64,000 nucleotides of DNA from Pseudomonadota bacterium. Lineage in GTDB: Bacteria > Desulfobacterota > Binatia > Binatales > Binataceae. The notes beneath the pieces were generated by a model. It saw only the letters and a program-made list of their open reading frames with translations, was not told where the DNA came from and did no database searches. The stretch is taken from the NCBI GenBank assembly GCA_021325355.1, contig JAJPHI010000006.1:2861-66860 (forward strand), given 5' to 3'. How positions within the stretch are numbered: the stretch's first letter is position 1; each line of letters opens with the position of its first letter. A program made the translations under genes and the position numbers. Below, one piece after another: positions 11,047 through 22,972 of the stretch.

Positions 11047-12387
11047 ATGAGTACGCCGGTTGAGACGCGCGTGCCGCCGTCCACGGACGATTACGCCGCA
11101 ACGCATCGCGCGCGCCTGCCGTTCCTGGCGCGACAGTTTCCGCCGTTCAATCGCCGCCAGTGGCGCGTCTTCGGCATCTCGACGACGGCCGGATTCTTCG
11201 ACACCTATGACGGCGCCCTGCTGAGCCTCGCCCTGAAGCAGATTCAGAAGAGCCTCGCGATCGCCGAAGGCAGCCTGGGCGGACTGCTCTCCGTTGTGCG
11301 CCTGGGCTACCTGGGCGCCATCCTGATAGCTCCGCTCGCCGACGTGATTGGCCGCCGGCGGCTTCTGCTCTACACGATTATCGGCTACACGCTGTTCACC
11401 GGACTGACCGCGATCGCGCCGAATCAACGGAGCTTCATGGGCGCGCAATTTCTCGCGCGCGCCTTCAGTGGCGCCGAAGCGACGGTGTCATTGGTGATTC
11501 TGGCCGAGGAGGTCAGCGCCGCCGATCGCGGCTGGGCGCTGGGCATGCAGACGGCGCTGGCCACCAGCGGCTACGGCCTGGCGGCGATCGTCTTTGGCTT
11601 CATCGCGGTGGTGCCGTTCGGCTGGCGCGGTCTCTATGCGCTTGCGCTGCTGCCACTTGCTTTGATTGTCCCGCTGCGACGGATCCTGCCCGAAAGCCGC
11701 CGCTTCGAAGCCGAGGCCGAAACCGGCCTGCGGCCGCGCAACGTGATCCAGCCGATCGTGCGGCTGTTTCGGGCCTATCCCGGACGCTTGAGCGCGCTCT
11801 TCGCCGTCTGGTTTCTCTATCCGATGGGTGTGGCGTCAGCAGGCATGTTTGTCCCCAAGTATCTGCAGGAGGTTCATCGCTGGACGCCCGGGCGCATCTC
11901 GTCCCTCTATATTTGCGGCGGCGCGATCGGCATCATGGGCAGTATTATCGCCGGCCGCGTCAGTGACGTCGCCGGGCGGCGGCGGGTCGGCATCGCCTTC
12001 ATGGTCGCCGGCCCCCTGCTGGAACTCGCTTTGTATGGCAGCCGCACTAATCTCGTCGTTCTGTTCTGGATCGGATGGGTCTTCTGCGACCAGGCCGCGG
12101 CGATGATCCTCAATGCTTATGGCGCCGAAGTGTTCCCCACCTCGCAACGATCATCCGCCGGCAGCGTCCTCGCGATGGCGCGATCGGGCGGGGCGGCGAT
12201 GGGACTGCTGCTCGAGGGCGTGCTTTACCGAAGGGTCGGCAATCACTGGACCGCCGTGCGTCTGCTGCTCGTCTTCTGGTTTGCGGCGGCGCTGGTGATG
12301 GCTTTATCGTTTCCGGAGACCGCCGGTGAAGAGCTCGAAGCGATCGCGCCGGAAGCCAGCGCGAGCCGCTCGCGAGGTTCCGCTTGA
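11047..12387 (+). CDS. MFS transporter
   Basis: 446 aa with about 12 hydrophobic segments and the MFS loop motif PLADVIGRRRLL. Confidence 0.8.
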   Translation: MSTPVETRVPPSTDDYAATHRARLPFLARQFPPFNRRQWRVFGISTTAGFFDTYDGALLSLALKQIQKSLAIAEGSLGGLLSVVRLGYLGAILIAPLADVIGRRRLLLYTIIGYTLFTGLTAIAPNQRSFMGAQFLARAFSGAEATVSLVILAEEVSAADRGWALGMQTALATSGYGLAAIVFGFIAVVPFGWRGLYALALLPLALIVPLRRILPESRRFEAEAETGLRPRNVIQPIVRLFRAYPGRLSALFAVWFLYPMGVASAGMFVPKYLQEVHRWTPGRISSLYICGGAIGIMGSIIAGRVSDVAGRRRVGIAFMVAGPLLELALYGSRTNLVVLFWIGWVFCDQAAAMILNAYGAEVFPTSQRSSAGSVLAMARSGGAAMGLLLEGVLYRRVGNHWTAVRLLLVFWFAAALVMALSFPETAGEELEAIAPEASASRSRGSA

Positions 12388-12860
12388 CGCCGCAATTCCG
12401 GCCGGCGCGACGCGTAATCGCGAGCCTCGCGTTGTTGCTGAGCCTCGCCGTCGCCTGCTGCGCGCGTGGTCCGGAGGTCACGCTCAGCGCTCCCAACGGT
12501 ACGCCGCTCGCCACCGTCAGCGTCGAGATTGCCGATACCCCTTCGGCGCGGGAGCTGGGCCTGATGTATCGGCAGCACCTCGACGAAAATGCCGGCATGA
12601 TCTTTCTTTTCCCGGACGCGCAGCGGCTGACCTTCTGGATGAAGAACACGGTCATTCCGCTCGACATGATCTTCGCCGATACCAACGGCAGAATCGTCGG
12701 CATCGTCGAAAACGCGGAGCCGTTCTCGGAACGGACCGTCGGCCCCGATGCCGACGCGCAATACGTGCTCGAAGTGAATGGCGGCTTCGCGCGCCGGCAT
12801 CACGTTGCCGTCGGCGATCTGATGAAATTCAGCGGCTTCTCGACGGCAACGGCGCGCTAG
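12384..12860 (+). CDS. DUF192 domain protein, exported
   Basis: 158 aa. The TTG start overlaps the MFS stop by 4 nt. It has a signal peptide and the DUF192-type motifs RELGLMYR, GMIFLFP and FWMKNTVIPLDMIF. Confidence 0.7.
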   Translation: MTPQFRPARRVIASLALLLSLAVACCARGPEVTLSAPNGTPLATVSVEIADTPSARELGLMYRQHLDENAGMIFLFPDAQRLTFWMKNTVIPLDMIFADTNGRIVGIVENAEPFSERTVGPDADAQYVLEVNGGFARRHHVAVGDLMKFSGFSTATAR

Positions 12861-12941
12861 CCGGGACGACGGCGCATCACCGAGCCGGCTGGCCGGGCGC
12901 GCCCGGCAAGGCGATTCGAGAAATTCCGCGGTGGCGCCGGT

Positions 12942-14777
12942 TCAGCCGTCAAAATCCGGGCGGTCCGAGCCCACCCCGTGATGAACGACGAACAGGTTGT
13001 CCGGATCATACTGTCGTTTGATCGCGGCCAGACGCGGATAGTTGGCGCCCCAGTAGGCCTGCGGCCAATTCTTCTGAAAATAACTGCTTTCACTGAGATA
13101 GGCGGCCGGCTGCGGCACCAAGGTACGTAGCGTGTCGGCCGACCGACGAATCCGTTCCGCCGCCTGACGGCCCGCGGCGATCGGCGGTTCATGCCCGGGA
13201 ATGCCCGGATATATCCCCTGCTGCCCCTCGGCGACGATAGCCAGCGCAAACGCCTCGAGCACGGCAGGATTCATCGCGGTAGCGCGCGCGGCGGCGAGCG
13301 CTTCAGGAGGCGCGCCGGCGAGACCTTTGTTGAAATGCAACCCGACGGTCGCCTGACGCGACGCCGCGAACAGAGCGTCGCCAAGCGCCTTTTGCGACTG
13401 CCCTGTGAGGAGAGCGGCAGGCAGCCAGACCGATTCAAAGTTGCAGATGAACCAACCGACCTGGTCGCCGTCGCCGTCCCACCAGAATCGCGGCGGAGCG
13501 GCGTCCGACTGGGGATCACGATGCAGGACCGGTTCGGGTATCAGATGGGCCAGCAGGTAATCCCAGGCGCCGATCGCCCAATTGGTGTCAGGAAAGGCGA
13601 GCTCCGGCCAATGCTCCGTCCACCATTCCGCGTCCCACATCCGACGCGCCGGCAGCGCGCCGATAACGACTCGGCCGACCGTATAGGTCTGCGATCGCTC
13701 AAGCCAGGCGAGCAACGGCTGCCACACTTTACGCGCCTGATCCGCATCCAAACCATGCGCCAACATGCTGATGATGAGGGTGTTCTCGGGCGTGAAGCGC
13801 GCCTGCTCGCCCCAATGATCGTTGAAGAGCGCGTCAGCGTAAAAGCCGACGAACCGGTGCACCAGCTCGCGATACGCGCTGTCCGACGGCGCTTTGATCG
13901 TGAAGGAGGCGACGGCGAAGTGTTCCGGCAGGTCGTGCAGTTTGAGCGTTAGCCGGGTGACAACGCCGAATGAGCCACCGCCGCCGCCCTTCAAGGCCCA
14001 GAACAGATCCGGGTTGATGCACGGATTGGCGACGCGGATCTGCCCGTCGGCAGTAACGACTTCGGCTTCGAGCAGGCTTCCTGCGGCCAGGCCGTAATGT
14101 TTGGAGAAGCTGCCGAAACCACCGCTTTGAATTAGTCCCGCGACGCCCACGGTGGTGCAGCCGCCGCCCTGGACGTAGCGTCCGGCCCTGGTCGTCACGG
14201 CTTCGTAGGCCTGCATCCAGATCGCGCCGGCGCCCATCGTGACCGCGGGCTGGGGTGGCATCACGCCAGCGGGACATCCCTGCGGAACGAAGGCCGGATG
14301 CAAAGCGATCTGATTCATGTGCCGCGTCCAAATCAGCAGTGAGTCGGGCGCGTTCGAGGTCCCCTGGTAGCTATGGCCGCCGCCTTTCACGACCAGACGC
14401 AAGTTATGGCGCCGCGCAAAGTTCACGCCCTCGGCGACGTCCTGGGCGCTGCGCGCGACGACGGCGTAGATGCTCGGCGCAGTCTGCCAGCCGTCGAGCC
14501 ATCCGAGCGTCTGCGTCAGCGCCGGATGCTCACCGATATAGTAGGGATTTCTAAGCTTGCTCCAGAGTTCGGCGGGCGGCGAACCCTTCAGCGGGGACTG
14601 GATCGGGATGAGCTTGCCGCCGACGGCCTTGTTGAGCTCCTGCCAGGCTGCGGGCGGCGGCCAGTCATGGTCGCCCGGACGCGAGCGTCCCGCGCCGCTC
14701 CTCGCGAGCAGACCGCCCGGCAGCGCCGGGAGCAGCGCCGCCGAACCGAGCATCTGCAGAAAGCGCCTGCGATTCAA
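12942..14777 (-). CDS. FAD-binding oxidoreductase (FAD_binding_4 with BBE-like C-terminus), Tat-exported
   Basis: 611 aa with twin-arginine signal MNRRRFLQMLGSAALLPALPG, plus RLVVKGGGHSYQG and a C-terminal YDPDNLFVVHHGVG. Confidence 0.8.
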   Translation of the reverse strand: MNRRRFLQMLGSAALLPALPGGLLARSGAGRSRPGDHDWPPPAAWQELNKAVGGKLIPIQSPLKGSPPAELWSKLRNPYYIGEHPALTQTLGWLDGWQTAPSIYAVVARSAQDVAEGVNFARRHNLRLVVKGGGHSYQGTSNAPDSLLIWTRHMNQIALHPAFVPQGCPAGVMPPQPAVTMGAGAIWMQAYEAVTTRAGRYVQGGGCTTVGVAGLIQSGGFGSFSKHYGLAAGSLLEAEVVTADGQIRVANPCINPDLFWALKGGGGGSFGVVTRLTLKLHDLPEHFAVASFTIKAPSDSAYRELVHRFVGFYADALFNDHWGEQARFTPENTLIISMLAHGLDADQARKVWQPLLAWLERSQTYTVGRVVIGALPARRMWDAEWWTEHWPELAFPDTNWAIGAWDYLLAHLIPEPVLHRDPQSDAAPPRFWWDGDGDQVGWFICNFESVWLPAALLTGQSQKALGDALFAASRQATVGLHFNKGLAGAPPEALAAARATAMNPAVLEAFALAIVAEGQQGIYPGIPGHEPPIAAGRQAAERIRRSADTLRTLVPQPAAYLSESSYFQKNWPQAYWGANYPRLAAIKRQYDPDNLFVVHHGVGSDRPDFDG

Positions 14778-14803
14778 AGGGTTATTTCCGCGACGCCATC
14801 AGA

Positions 14804-14833
14804 TTGATATAGTTCGCGCCCGCAAAGTATTGT
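14804..14833 (+). promoter_or_regulatory. candidate sigma70-type promoter (TTGATA-18 nt-TATTGT) for the carboxylase operon
   Basis: Motifs read directly from the sequence, about 40 nt upstream of the ATG at 14871. Confidence 0.3.
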
Positions 14834-14870
14834 GACAGCTTAGCGATCGACGCAAGCCCGGATCTATTGC

Positions 14871-16421
14871 ATGAGTTTGACGGAAAACCTTGAACGGATG
14901 CGCCGACTCGAGCGTGAGGCCGAGCTCGGCGGAGGTGAGGAACGTCTTCAGCGCCAACGCGCTAATGGACGCATGACGGCGCGCGAACGGATCGCGTTTT
15001 TGCTCGACCGCGATTCCTTCGTCGAGTTGGACAAATTCAAAACCCATCGCGGAACCGACTTCGGGATGGCCGAACGGAAGATTCCGGGTGACGGTGTGGT
15101 AACCGGTTATGGCACCATCGACGGTCGCCAGGTCTGCGTCTTTTCGCAGGATTTCACGGTCTTCGGCGGCAGCCTGTCGGGGGCCTTTGCCGAAAAAGTC
15201 TGCAAGGTGATGGACCTGGCAACCAAGATCGGCTGTCCGGTAATCGGCCTGAATGACTCGGGCGGCGCGCGAATTCAGGAGGGCGTCGTCTCGTTGGCCG
15301 GCTATGCGGATATCTTCGTGCGCAACGTGCTGTCCTCCGGCGTGGTGCCGCAGATTTCCGCGATCATGGGCCCCTGCGCCGGCGGCGCCGTCTATTCGCC
15401 GGCGATCACCGACTTTATCGTCATGGTGCGCGACACGTCTTACATGTTCATCACGGGTCCCGACGTGATCAAAGCGACCACGCACGAGGAGGTGTCGATG
15501 CAGGACCTGGGCGGCGCCGACACCCATTCGATGAAATCCGGCGTCTGCCATCTCGAAGCCGCCGATGACAGTGAAGCGCTGCTGACGATTCGCGAACTGC
15601 TGTCGTATATCCCGTCGAATAACGCCGAGGATCCGCCGTTCAAGGCACCGTCCGACGATCCGGAGCGGCGCGACGAGGCGCTCGACACGATTGTCCCGGA
15701 AAATCCGAACAAGCCCTACGATATGCGTGACATCATCGGTCGGGTCGTCGACGATGGTCAGTGGCTCGAGGTGCAGAAGGACTGGGCCCAGAACATCCTG
15801 ATTGGCTTCGCGCGGCTGGGGGGCTATGCGGTCGGTATCGTCGCCAACCAACCGGCGTATCTGGCCGGATGCCTGGATATCGATGCGTCGATCAAGGGCG
15901 CGCGCTTCGTGCGCTTTTGCGATTGTTTCAACATTCCGTTGGTGACCTTCGTCGATGTCCCGGGATTTCTGCCCGGCACGGCGCAGGAGTTCGGCGGGAT
16001 CATCCGTCATGGCGCGAAACTGCTCTATGCGTTCTGTGAGGCGACGGTGCCGAAGGTCACGGTGATTACGCGCAAGGCGTATGGCGGGGCCTATGACGTC
16101 ATGTCGTCGAAGCACGTGCGCGCGGATTTCAACTTCGCCTGGCCGACGGCCGAAATCGCCGTGATGGGTCCTGACGGCGCGGTCAATATCGTGTTCCGCA
16201 ACGAGCTACAAAAGGCGAAGGACCCGGTAGCCGAGCGCAATCGGCTGATCGAGGAGTATCGCAAGACTTTCGCCAATCCGTTCAAGGCGGCCGAGCTCGG
16301 CTATATCGACGAGGTGCTGCTGCCGCGCGAGACGCGCCCGCGCCTCATCACAGCGCTGCGCGCCTTACAGAACAAGCGCGAGAAAAACCCTCCACGTAAA
16401 CACGGCAATATTCCGCTATAG
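14871..16421 (+). CDS. pccB: acyl-CoA carboxylase carboxyltransferase (beta) subunit, propionyl-CoA carboxylase-like
   Basis: 516 aa carboxyltransferase pattern ([51 protein letters not shown]). Confidence 0.9.
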   Translation: MSLTENLERMRRLEREAELGGGEERLQRQRANGRMTARERIAFLLDRDSFVELDKFKTHRGTDFGMAERKIPGDGVVTGYGTIDGRQVCVFSQDFTVFGGSLSGAFAEKVCKVMDLATKIGCPVIGLNDSGGARIQEGVVSLAGYADIFVRNVLSSGVVPQISAIMGPCAGGAVYSPAITDFIVMVRDTSYMFITGPDVIKATTHEEVSMQDLGGADTHSMKSGVCHLEAADDSEALLTIRELLSYIPSNNAEDPPFKAPSDDPERRDEALDTIVPENPNKPYDMRDIIGRVVDDGQWLEVQKDWAQNILIGFARLGGYAVGIVANQPAYLAGCLDIDASIKGARFVRFCDCFNIPLVTFVDVPGFLPGTAQEFGGIIRHGAKLLYAFCEATVPKVTVITRKAYGGAYDVMSSKHVRADFNFAWPTAEIAVMGPDGAVNIVFRNELQKAKDPVAERNRLIEEYRKTFANPFKAAELGYIDEVLLPRETRPRLITALRALQNKREKNPPRKHGNIPL

Positions 16422-16423
16422 CT

Positions 16424-17944
16424 ATGTTCAAACGCATCCTGATTGCTAATCGCGGCGAAATCGCCGTCCGGGTAATTCGCGCCTGTCGCGATATGGGGAT
16501 CGAAGCCGTCGCGGTCTTTTCGGAAGCTGACCGCACGGCGCTGCACGTGCGCGAGGCTGACTACGCCGTCGCGGTCGGCCCCGCCCCGGCCGCCGAGAGC
16601 TACCTGAAGATCGATCGTATCCTGGAAGCGGCCAAACGCACCGGCGCCGAAGCCATCCATCCGGGTTACGGCTTCTTCTCGGAAAATGCCCGCTTCGCGC
16701 GCGCCGTCGCCGACGCCGGGCTGACCTTCATCGGACCGTCGCCGAGCGCGATCGAGCAGATGGGCGACAAGGTCGAGGCGCGCAAGCTGATGGCCGCGGC
16801 CGGCGTGCCGGTGGTGCCAGGCTCCCCCGGCACGCTCGAAACCGAAGAGGAAGTGCGCACCCTCGCCGCCAAGATCGGTTATCCGATAATGCTCAAGGCG
16901 GCCGCCGGCGGCGGCGGCAAAGGCATGCGGCTCATCGAACGCGATGAGGACCTGGGCGCGGCGGTGCGGATGGTCGCGAGTGAAGCCAAATCGTCCTTCG
17001 GCGATGGCCGCTTTTATGTCGAGAAGTTCGTCAATCGACCGCGCCATATCGAGGTGCAGGTCTTCGCCGACAATCACGGCAACACCGTCCATCTGTTCGA
17101 GCGCGAATGCTCGATCCAACGGCGCAATCAGAAAGTGGTCGAGGAGTCGCCGTCGCCATTCATCACGCCCGAGATGCGGGCGCGGATGGGCGAGGTGGCG
17201 GTCAGAGCGGCGCGTGCGGTGAACTATTCGGGCGCCGGCACGATCGAGTTTCTCGCCGACGCCGATCGCAATTTCTACTTTCTCGAAATGAACACGCGCA
17301 TCCAGGTCGAGCATCCGGTGACCGAGATGGTTACCGGGGTCGATTTGGTCAAGCTGCAGATCGAAGTCGCGGCGGGCGCCAAGCTGCCGTTTGCGCAGAG
17401 CGATCTGCGGCAGCGCGGATGGGCCGTCGAATGCCGGATCTATGCCGAAGACTCGGCCGCCGGCTTCACCCCCGCCCCCGGTCGCATCGACGCGATGACG
17501 CTGCCGCAGGGGCCGGGCGTGCGCGTCGATGCGGGCGTGTATGCGGGCGCCGAGGTCTCGGTCTTCTATGATCCGATGATTGCCAAACTGGTGACCTGGG
17601 GCAGCGATCGTCTCGAAGCGATTGCGCGGATGCGCCGGGCGCTCAGCGAATTCACGGTCGTCGGCGAGCTGGCGACCAACCTGGACTTCCATCGCTGGAT
17701 CATGCGCCATCCGCGCTTTTTGGCCGGCGACTTTGATACCAACTTCATCCGCCAGGAGTATCGGGTCGAGAGCGCCGGCGTGAACGGCGCCGATCCGGCC
17801 CGCACCGCGGCGATTCTCGCGGCGGCGTTCGCGGCCCAGCGCGATCGCGGCAGCAGCCGATCAACTCCGACCGTTCAGGCGCCGCCGCCAATCAATGCGT
17901 CGGCCTGGAAACTGGTCGGCCGCAACGCGATCCTGGCCCGCTAG
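16424..17944 (+). CDS. biotin carboxylase subunit (stand-alone, no fused BCCP)
   Basis: 506 aa with MFKRILIANRGEIAVRVIRAC, ATP-grasp core GGGGKGMR and EMNTRIQVEHPVTE. The start lies 2 nt after the pccB stop. Confidence 0.92.
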   Translation: MFKRILIANRGEIAVRVIRACRDMGIEAVAVFSEADRTALHVREADYAVAVGPAPAAESYLKIDRILEAAKRTGAEAIHPGYGFFSENARFARAVADAGLTFIGPSPSAIEQMGDKVEARKLMAAAGVPVVPGSPGTLETEEEVRTLAAKIGYPIMLKAAAGGGGKGMRLIERDEDLGAAVRMVASEAKSSFGDGRFYVEKFVNRPRHIEVQVFADNHGNTVHLFERECSIQRRNQKVVEESPSPFITPEMRARMGEVAVRAARAVNYSGAGTIEFLADADRNFYFLEMNTRIQVEHPVTEMVTGVDLVKLQIEVAAGAKLPFAQSDLRQRGWAVECRIYAEDSAAGFTPAPGRIDAMTLPQGPGVRVDAGVYAGAEVSVFYDPMIAKLVTWGSDRLEAIARMRRALSEFTVVGELATNLDFHRWIMRHPRFLAGDFDTNFIRQEYRVESAGVNGADPARTAAILAAAFAAQRDRGSSRSTPTVQAPPPINASAWKLVGRNAILAR

Positions 17945-17998
17945 GTCATATGAACGGTACCAATATCTCCCTTTCTTCAGGATTTAAGCGTTAAACCG

Positions 17999-18499
17999 AT
18001 GCGATACGTTGCGACCCTTGCCGGCGTCGAACACGAATTCGAGATCGAAGAGTTGTCGGGCCATGCGCTGCGCCTGCGTCTCGGCGATGAGCTCTTCGAG
18101 GCGGACGTCCGCCGCGCCGGCCCATCCTCTTATTCCATCCTGATAGGTGAGCGCTCGTTCGACCTTGAGGTCGCGCGCCGCGACGACGAACTGATGGTGG
18201 TGGCGCGCGACGCCGCCGTGCCGGTTCTGCTGCAGGATGCCCTGCGACGAACGCGCTCCACCGGCGGCCGCGCCAGCGCCGGCGGCAAAACCGAAATCAA
18301 GGCGATGATGCCCGGACGGGTCGTCACGCTGCTGGTCAAGGTCGGCGACGAGGTCGCGGCGCAACAGGGGATCGTGGTCGTCGAAGCGATGAAGATGGAG
18401 AACGAGCTCAAGAGCCCGCGCGCCGGCAAAGTCACGAAAATCAACGTCACCCCCGGACAAACTGTCGAAAAGGGCGATCTTCTGGTTACAATCGAGTAA
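17999..18499 (+). CDS. biotin carboxyl carrier protein (biotin/lipoyl attachment domain)
   Basis: 166 aa with the C-terminal biotinylation motif EAMKMENEL. Confidence 0.85.
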   Translation: MRYVATLAGVEHEFEIEELSGHALRLRLGDELFEADVRRAGPSSYSILIGERSFDLEVARRDDELMVVARDAAVPVLLQDALRRTRSTGGRASAGGKTEIKAMMPGRVVTLLVKVGDEVAAQQGIVVVEAMKMENELKSPRAGKVTKINVTPGQTVEKGDLLVTIE

Positions 18500-18516
18500 C
18501 ACTGCAGGATTTGCTT

Positions 18517-20190
<1,674 letters not shown>

Positions 20191-20247
20191 GCCGCCTCCC
20201 GTATCGTCGTCGAGTCGGCATCAGCCCCGCGTAACCGGCGGCGTTGA

Positions 20248-21534
20248 TTAGCGTCGAAACAGCGTGGTTTCGCCGACCGGCAGCCCGAGCGCGTACCGCC
20301 GCAGCCAGTCGAGCGCGACCTGCGACGCGAGGAGCTTAATCCAGTCGCGCGTACCGCGCATCATGTTGTACTGACGCGCCGCCCGAACGCCATCGCCCAC
20401 CAACCCGATACATACCGTACCCACCGGTTTTTCCGGGGTACCGCCGTCCGGACCGGCGATTCCTGAAGTGGCGATAGCAACATTGGCGCCCGCGCGCTCG
20501 CGCGCACCGGCCGCCATCTCAAGCACGCAGGCTTCACTGACGGCGCCGAACTGACGGAGCGTCTCGGCGCGCACGCCGAGGATGTCCTGCTTCAACTGGT
20601 TGGAATAGGTCACGAAGCAGCCGTTGAAGTAGTTCGAACTGCCGGCGACGTTGGTCAGCCGATGACCGATAAGGCCGCCCGTGCAGGACTCGGCCACTGC
20701 GGCAGTGAGCTTCTTTTCCGTATAAAGACGGCAGATGACCTCCTCGAGCGAGACATCGCCTTCGCCGTAAATGAACGCGCCGATCTTGTCGTAAACGCGG
20801 CGCGCCAACTCCTCGGCGCGGGCCTCGGCCACCCCCGGCAGGTCCTCGACCATCACCTTCATCGAGATTTGCGGAAAACTCGCACGGAAACCGACCTTGC
20901 CCTCGTCAGGCTTGATTAGCCCGGCGACGGCTTCATCGAGCGCCGATTCGCTCAGGCCGAAGGTCTGAAAGATGCGCGTAACGAAGATCTTGTCGTTGCC
21001 GCGGTTGTGCTTGATCCACGGAATCACCTGCTCTTCGAGCATCGGCTTCATCTCGCGCGGCACGCCCGGCAGCACGATCAGATAGGCCGTGTGATCGGCC
21101 TGCGGCACCGCCAGCCGAAAGCCCGGGGCGGTCCCGAGATCGTTCAGGATAATCTCGGCGCCCTCGGGAAAGAGCGCCTGCTTGAGGTTGTTCTCGGGCA
21201 TGTCGCGGCCGACGCGCGCGAACAGGGCGCGCATCTTCTCAACCGAGGGCTCGTCGCGCCACAGCGACTTGTTGGTGATTCGCGCGATCGTCTCGGTAGT
21301 GAGATCATCCGCGGTTGGGCCGATACCGCCGGTCGAGATGACGACATCGCCCATCTGCATCGCGGTCCGCCAGGCCCATTCGAGCCGATCAGGAACGTCG
21401 CCGACGGTCAGCACCGCTACCAGGTCAACGCCGATTTCGTGCAGCTTGTCGGCGATAAAGCTGGAATTGCTATCGACCACCTTGCCGGTGGTGATTTCGT
21501 CGCCGGTGGACAGGATAACGGCTCGCTGAATCAT
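20248..21534 (-). CDS. cinA: competence/damage-inducible protein CinA (MoCF-binding + PncC nicotinamide-nucleotide amidase domains)
   Basis: 428 aa with MIQRAVILSTGDEITTGKVVDSNS and C-terminal CinA domain AESCTGGLIG. It lies immediately downstream of recA. Confidence 0.9.
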   Translation of the reverse strand: MIQRAVILSTGDEITTGKVVDSNSSFIADKLHEIGVDLVAVLTVGDVPDRLEWAWRTAMQMGDVVISTGGIGPTADDLTTETIARITNKSLWRDEPSVEKMRALFARVGRDMPENNLKQALFPEGAEIILNDLGTAPGFRLAVPQADHTAYLIVLPGVPREMKPMLEEQVIPWIKHNRGNDKIFVTRIFQTFGLSESALDEAVAGLIKPDEGKVGFRASFPQISMKVMVEDLPGVAEARAEELARRVYDKIGAFIYGEGDVSLEEVICRLYTEKKLTAAVAESCTGGLIGHRLTNVAGSSNYFNGCFVTYSNQLKQDILGVRAETLRQFGAVSEACVLEMAAGARERAGANVAIATSGIAGPDGGTPEKPVGTVCIGLVGDGVRAARQYNMMRGTRDWIKLLASQVALDWLRRYALGLPVGETTLFRR

Positions 21535-21639
21535 CGTGACTGGTGCCTCGCTTCCGGGCCGAAGGGCCGACCGATGCGGATACCTTAGACGATTCGCCGG
21601 CGGATCTGTAGGGCGACCACGCGTATCGCGGACTACGTG

Positions 21640-22722
21640 TTACGTCCGTCGCTTCATCGAGGGTGTCGGCGCCTCGCCGCCGTCGTCGTCGGCCTCGGCG
21701 CCGTCGCCGTCGAGCGTTGCCGTCAGGGCCTTGCCCGCTAGTTTGGCGCGCAGTTTCGCCTCGATCTCCTCGGCGATCGTCGGGTTGTGTTTGAGGAAAT
21801 CACGGGCGTTTTCGCGGCCCTGACCGATCCGCTCGCCGTCGTAGGAATACCAGGCGCCGAGTTTCTCGATGATGTTGTGATCGGCCGCCATGTCCACCAG
21901 TTCACCTTCCTTGGAAATGCCCGAGCCATACAGGATATCGAACTCGGCTTCGCGGAAAGGCGGCGCCACCTTGTTCTTGACCACTTTGACCTTGGTGCGC
22001 GAGCCGATCACCTCGTTGCCGCTTTTGATCGTGCCGATACGGCGGATATCGATCCGCACCGAGGAGTAGAATTTGAGCGCATTGCCGCCGGTGGTAGTCT
22101 CGGGATTCCCGAACATCACGCCGATCTTCATGCGAATCTGATTGATGAAGACCACGATCGTCCGCGAACGGGCGATAATCGAGGTGAGCTTGCGCAGCGC
22201 CTGCGACATCAGCCGCGCCTGCAGGCCCATCTGCGGTTCGCCCATCTCGCCTTCAATCTCGGCGCGGGGCACCAGGGCCGCGACGGAATCAATCACCAGC
22301 ACATCGACGGCGCCCGACTGCACCAGGGTCTCAGCAATTTCGAGCGCCTGTTCGCCGTTATCCGGCTGGGAGATGAGCAAATCTTCGACGTTGACCCCGA
22401 GCTTGCGCGCATAGCCCGCGTCGAGGGCATGTTCGGCGTCGATGAAGGCTCCGATTCCGCCGCGTCGCTGCGCCTCGGCGATACACTCGAGCGCGAGCGT
22501 GGTTTTGCCCGACGATTCCGGCCCATAGATCTCGATCACCCGGCCGCGCGGCAAACCGCCCACGCCCAGGGCCAGATCGAGTCCCAACGATCCCGTGGGG
22601 ATAACCGCGATATCGGTTTCCACCGCCTGCTCGCCGAGCTTCATGATTGAGCCCTTGCCGAACTGCTTCTCGATCTGGCTCAAGGCCAGATCGAGCGCTT
22701 TGGTCTTGATATCCTGGGCCAT
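21640..22722 (-). CDS. recA: recombinase RecA
   Basis: Track ORF extends to 22788; it was trimmed to [30 protein letters not shown]. Walker [11 protein letters not shown] is present, with L1/L2 regions and an acidic C-tail. Confidence 0.97.
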   Translation of the reverse strand: MAQDIKTKALDLALSQIEKQFGKGSIMKLGEQAVETDIAVIPTGSLGLDLALGVGGLPRGRVIEIYGPESSGKTTLALECIAEAQRRGGIGAFIDAEHALDAGYARKLGVNVEDLLISQPDNGEQALEIAETLVQSGAVDVLVIDSVAALVPRAEIEGEMGEPQMGLQARLMSQALRKLTSIIARSRTIVVFINQIRMKIGVMFGNPETTTGGNALKFYSSVRIDIRRIGTIKSGNEVIGSRTKVKVVKNKVAPPFREAEFDILYGSGISKEGELVDMAADHNIIEKLGAWYSYDGERIGQGRENARDFLKHNPTIAEEIEAKLRAKLAGKALTATLDGDGAEADDDGGEAPTPSMKRRT

Positions 22723-22972
22723 TGCCTTTGCGTCCCGGTGCTGAGTTGAGCCGATCTTGCCACAAAGCCGGGCGAATAGCGCTAGCATCGAGTCAAACCA
22801 TCAACAGGCAGTGATTCGGTCGGGATTTTTCGTCGCCGATTCGTCGTGAGGACGCTCCGGTTCGTCGGCGTCTCGGGCCGTGCATGGTCCAGTCGTGGGC
22901 ACAAGGGTTGCTGAACAGGCGCCGTTAGATCGCCTTTAAGCAAACCTGAGGCGGGGCGGCCGGAGAAGTACC

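Noticed and set aside
16301-17710. 469-aa ORF antisense to the biotin carboxylase gene
   Set aside because: It is a shadow ORF opposite a confidently identified gene.
22723-22972. LexA/SOS box upstream of recA
   Set aside because: Only partial matches to known LexA motifs are present (for example GCTGAACAGGCGCCGTT and the TTGACT region), so I do not annotate a site.
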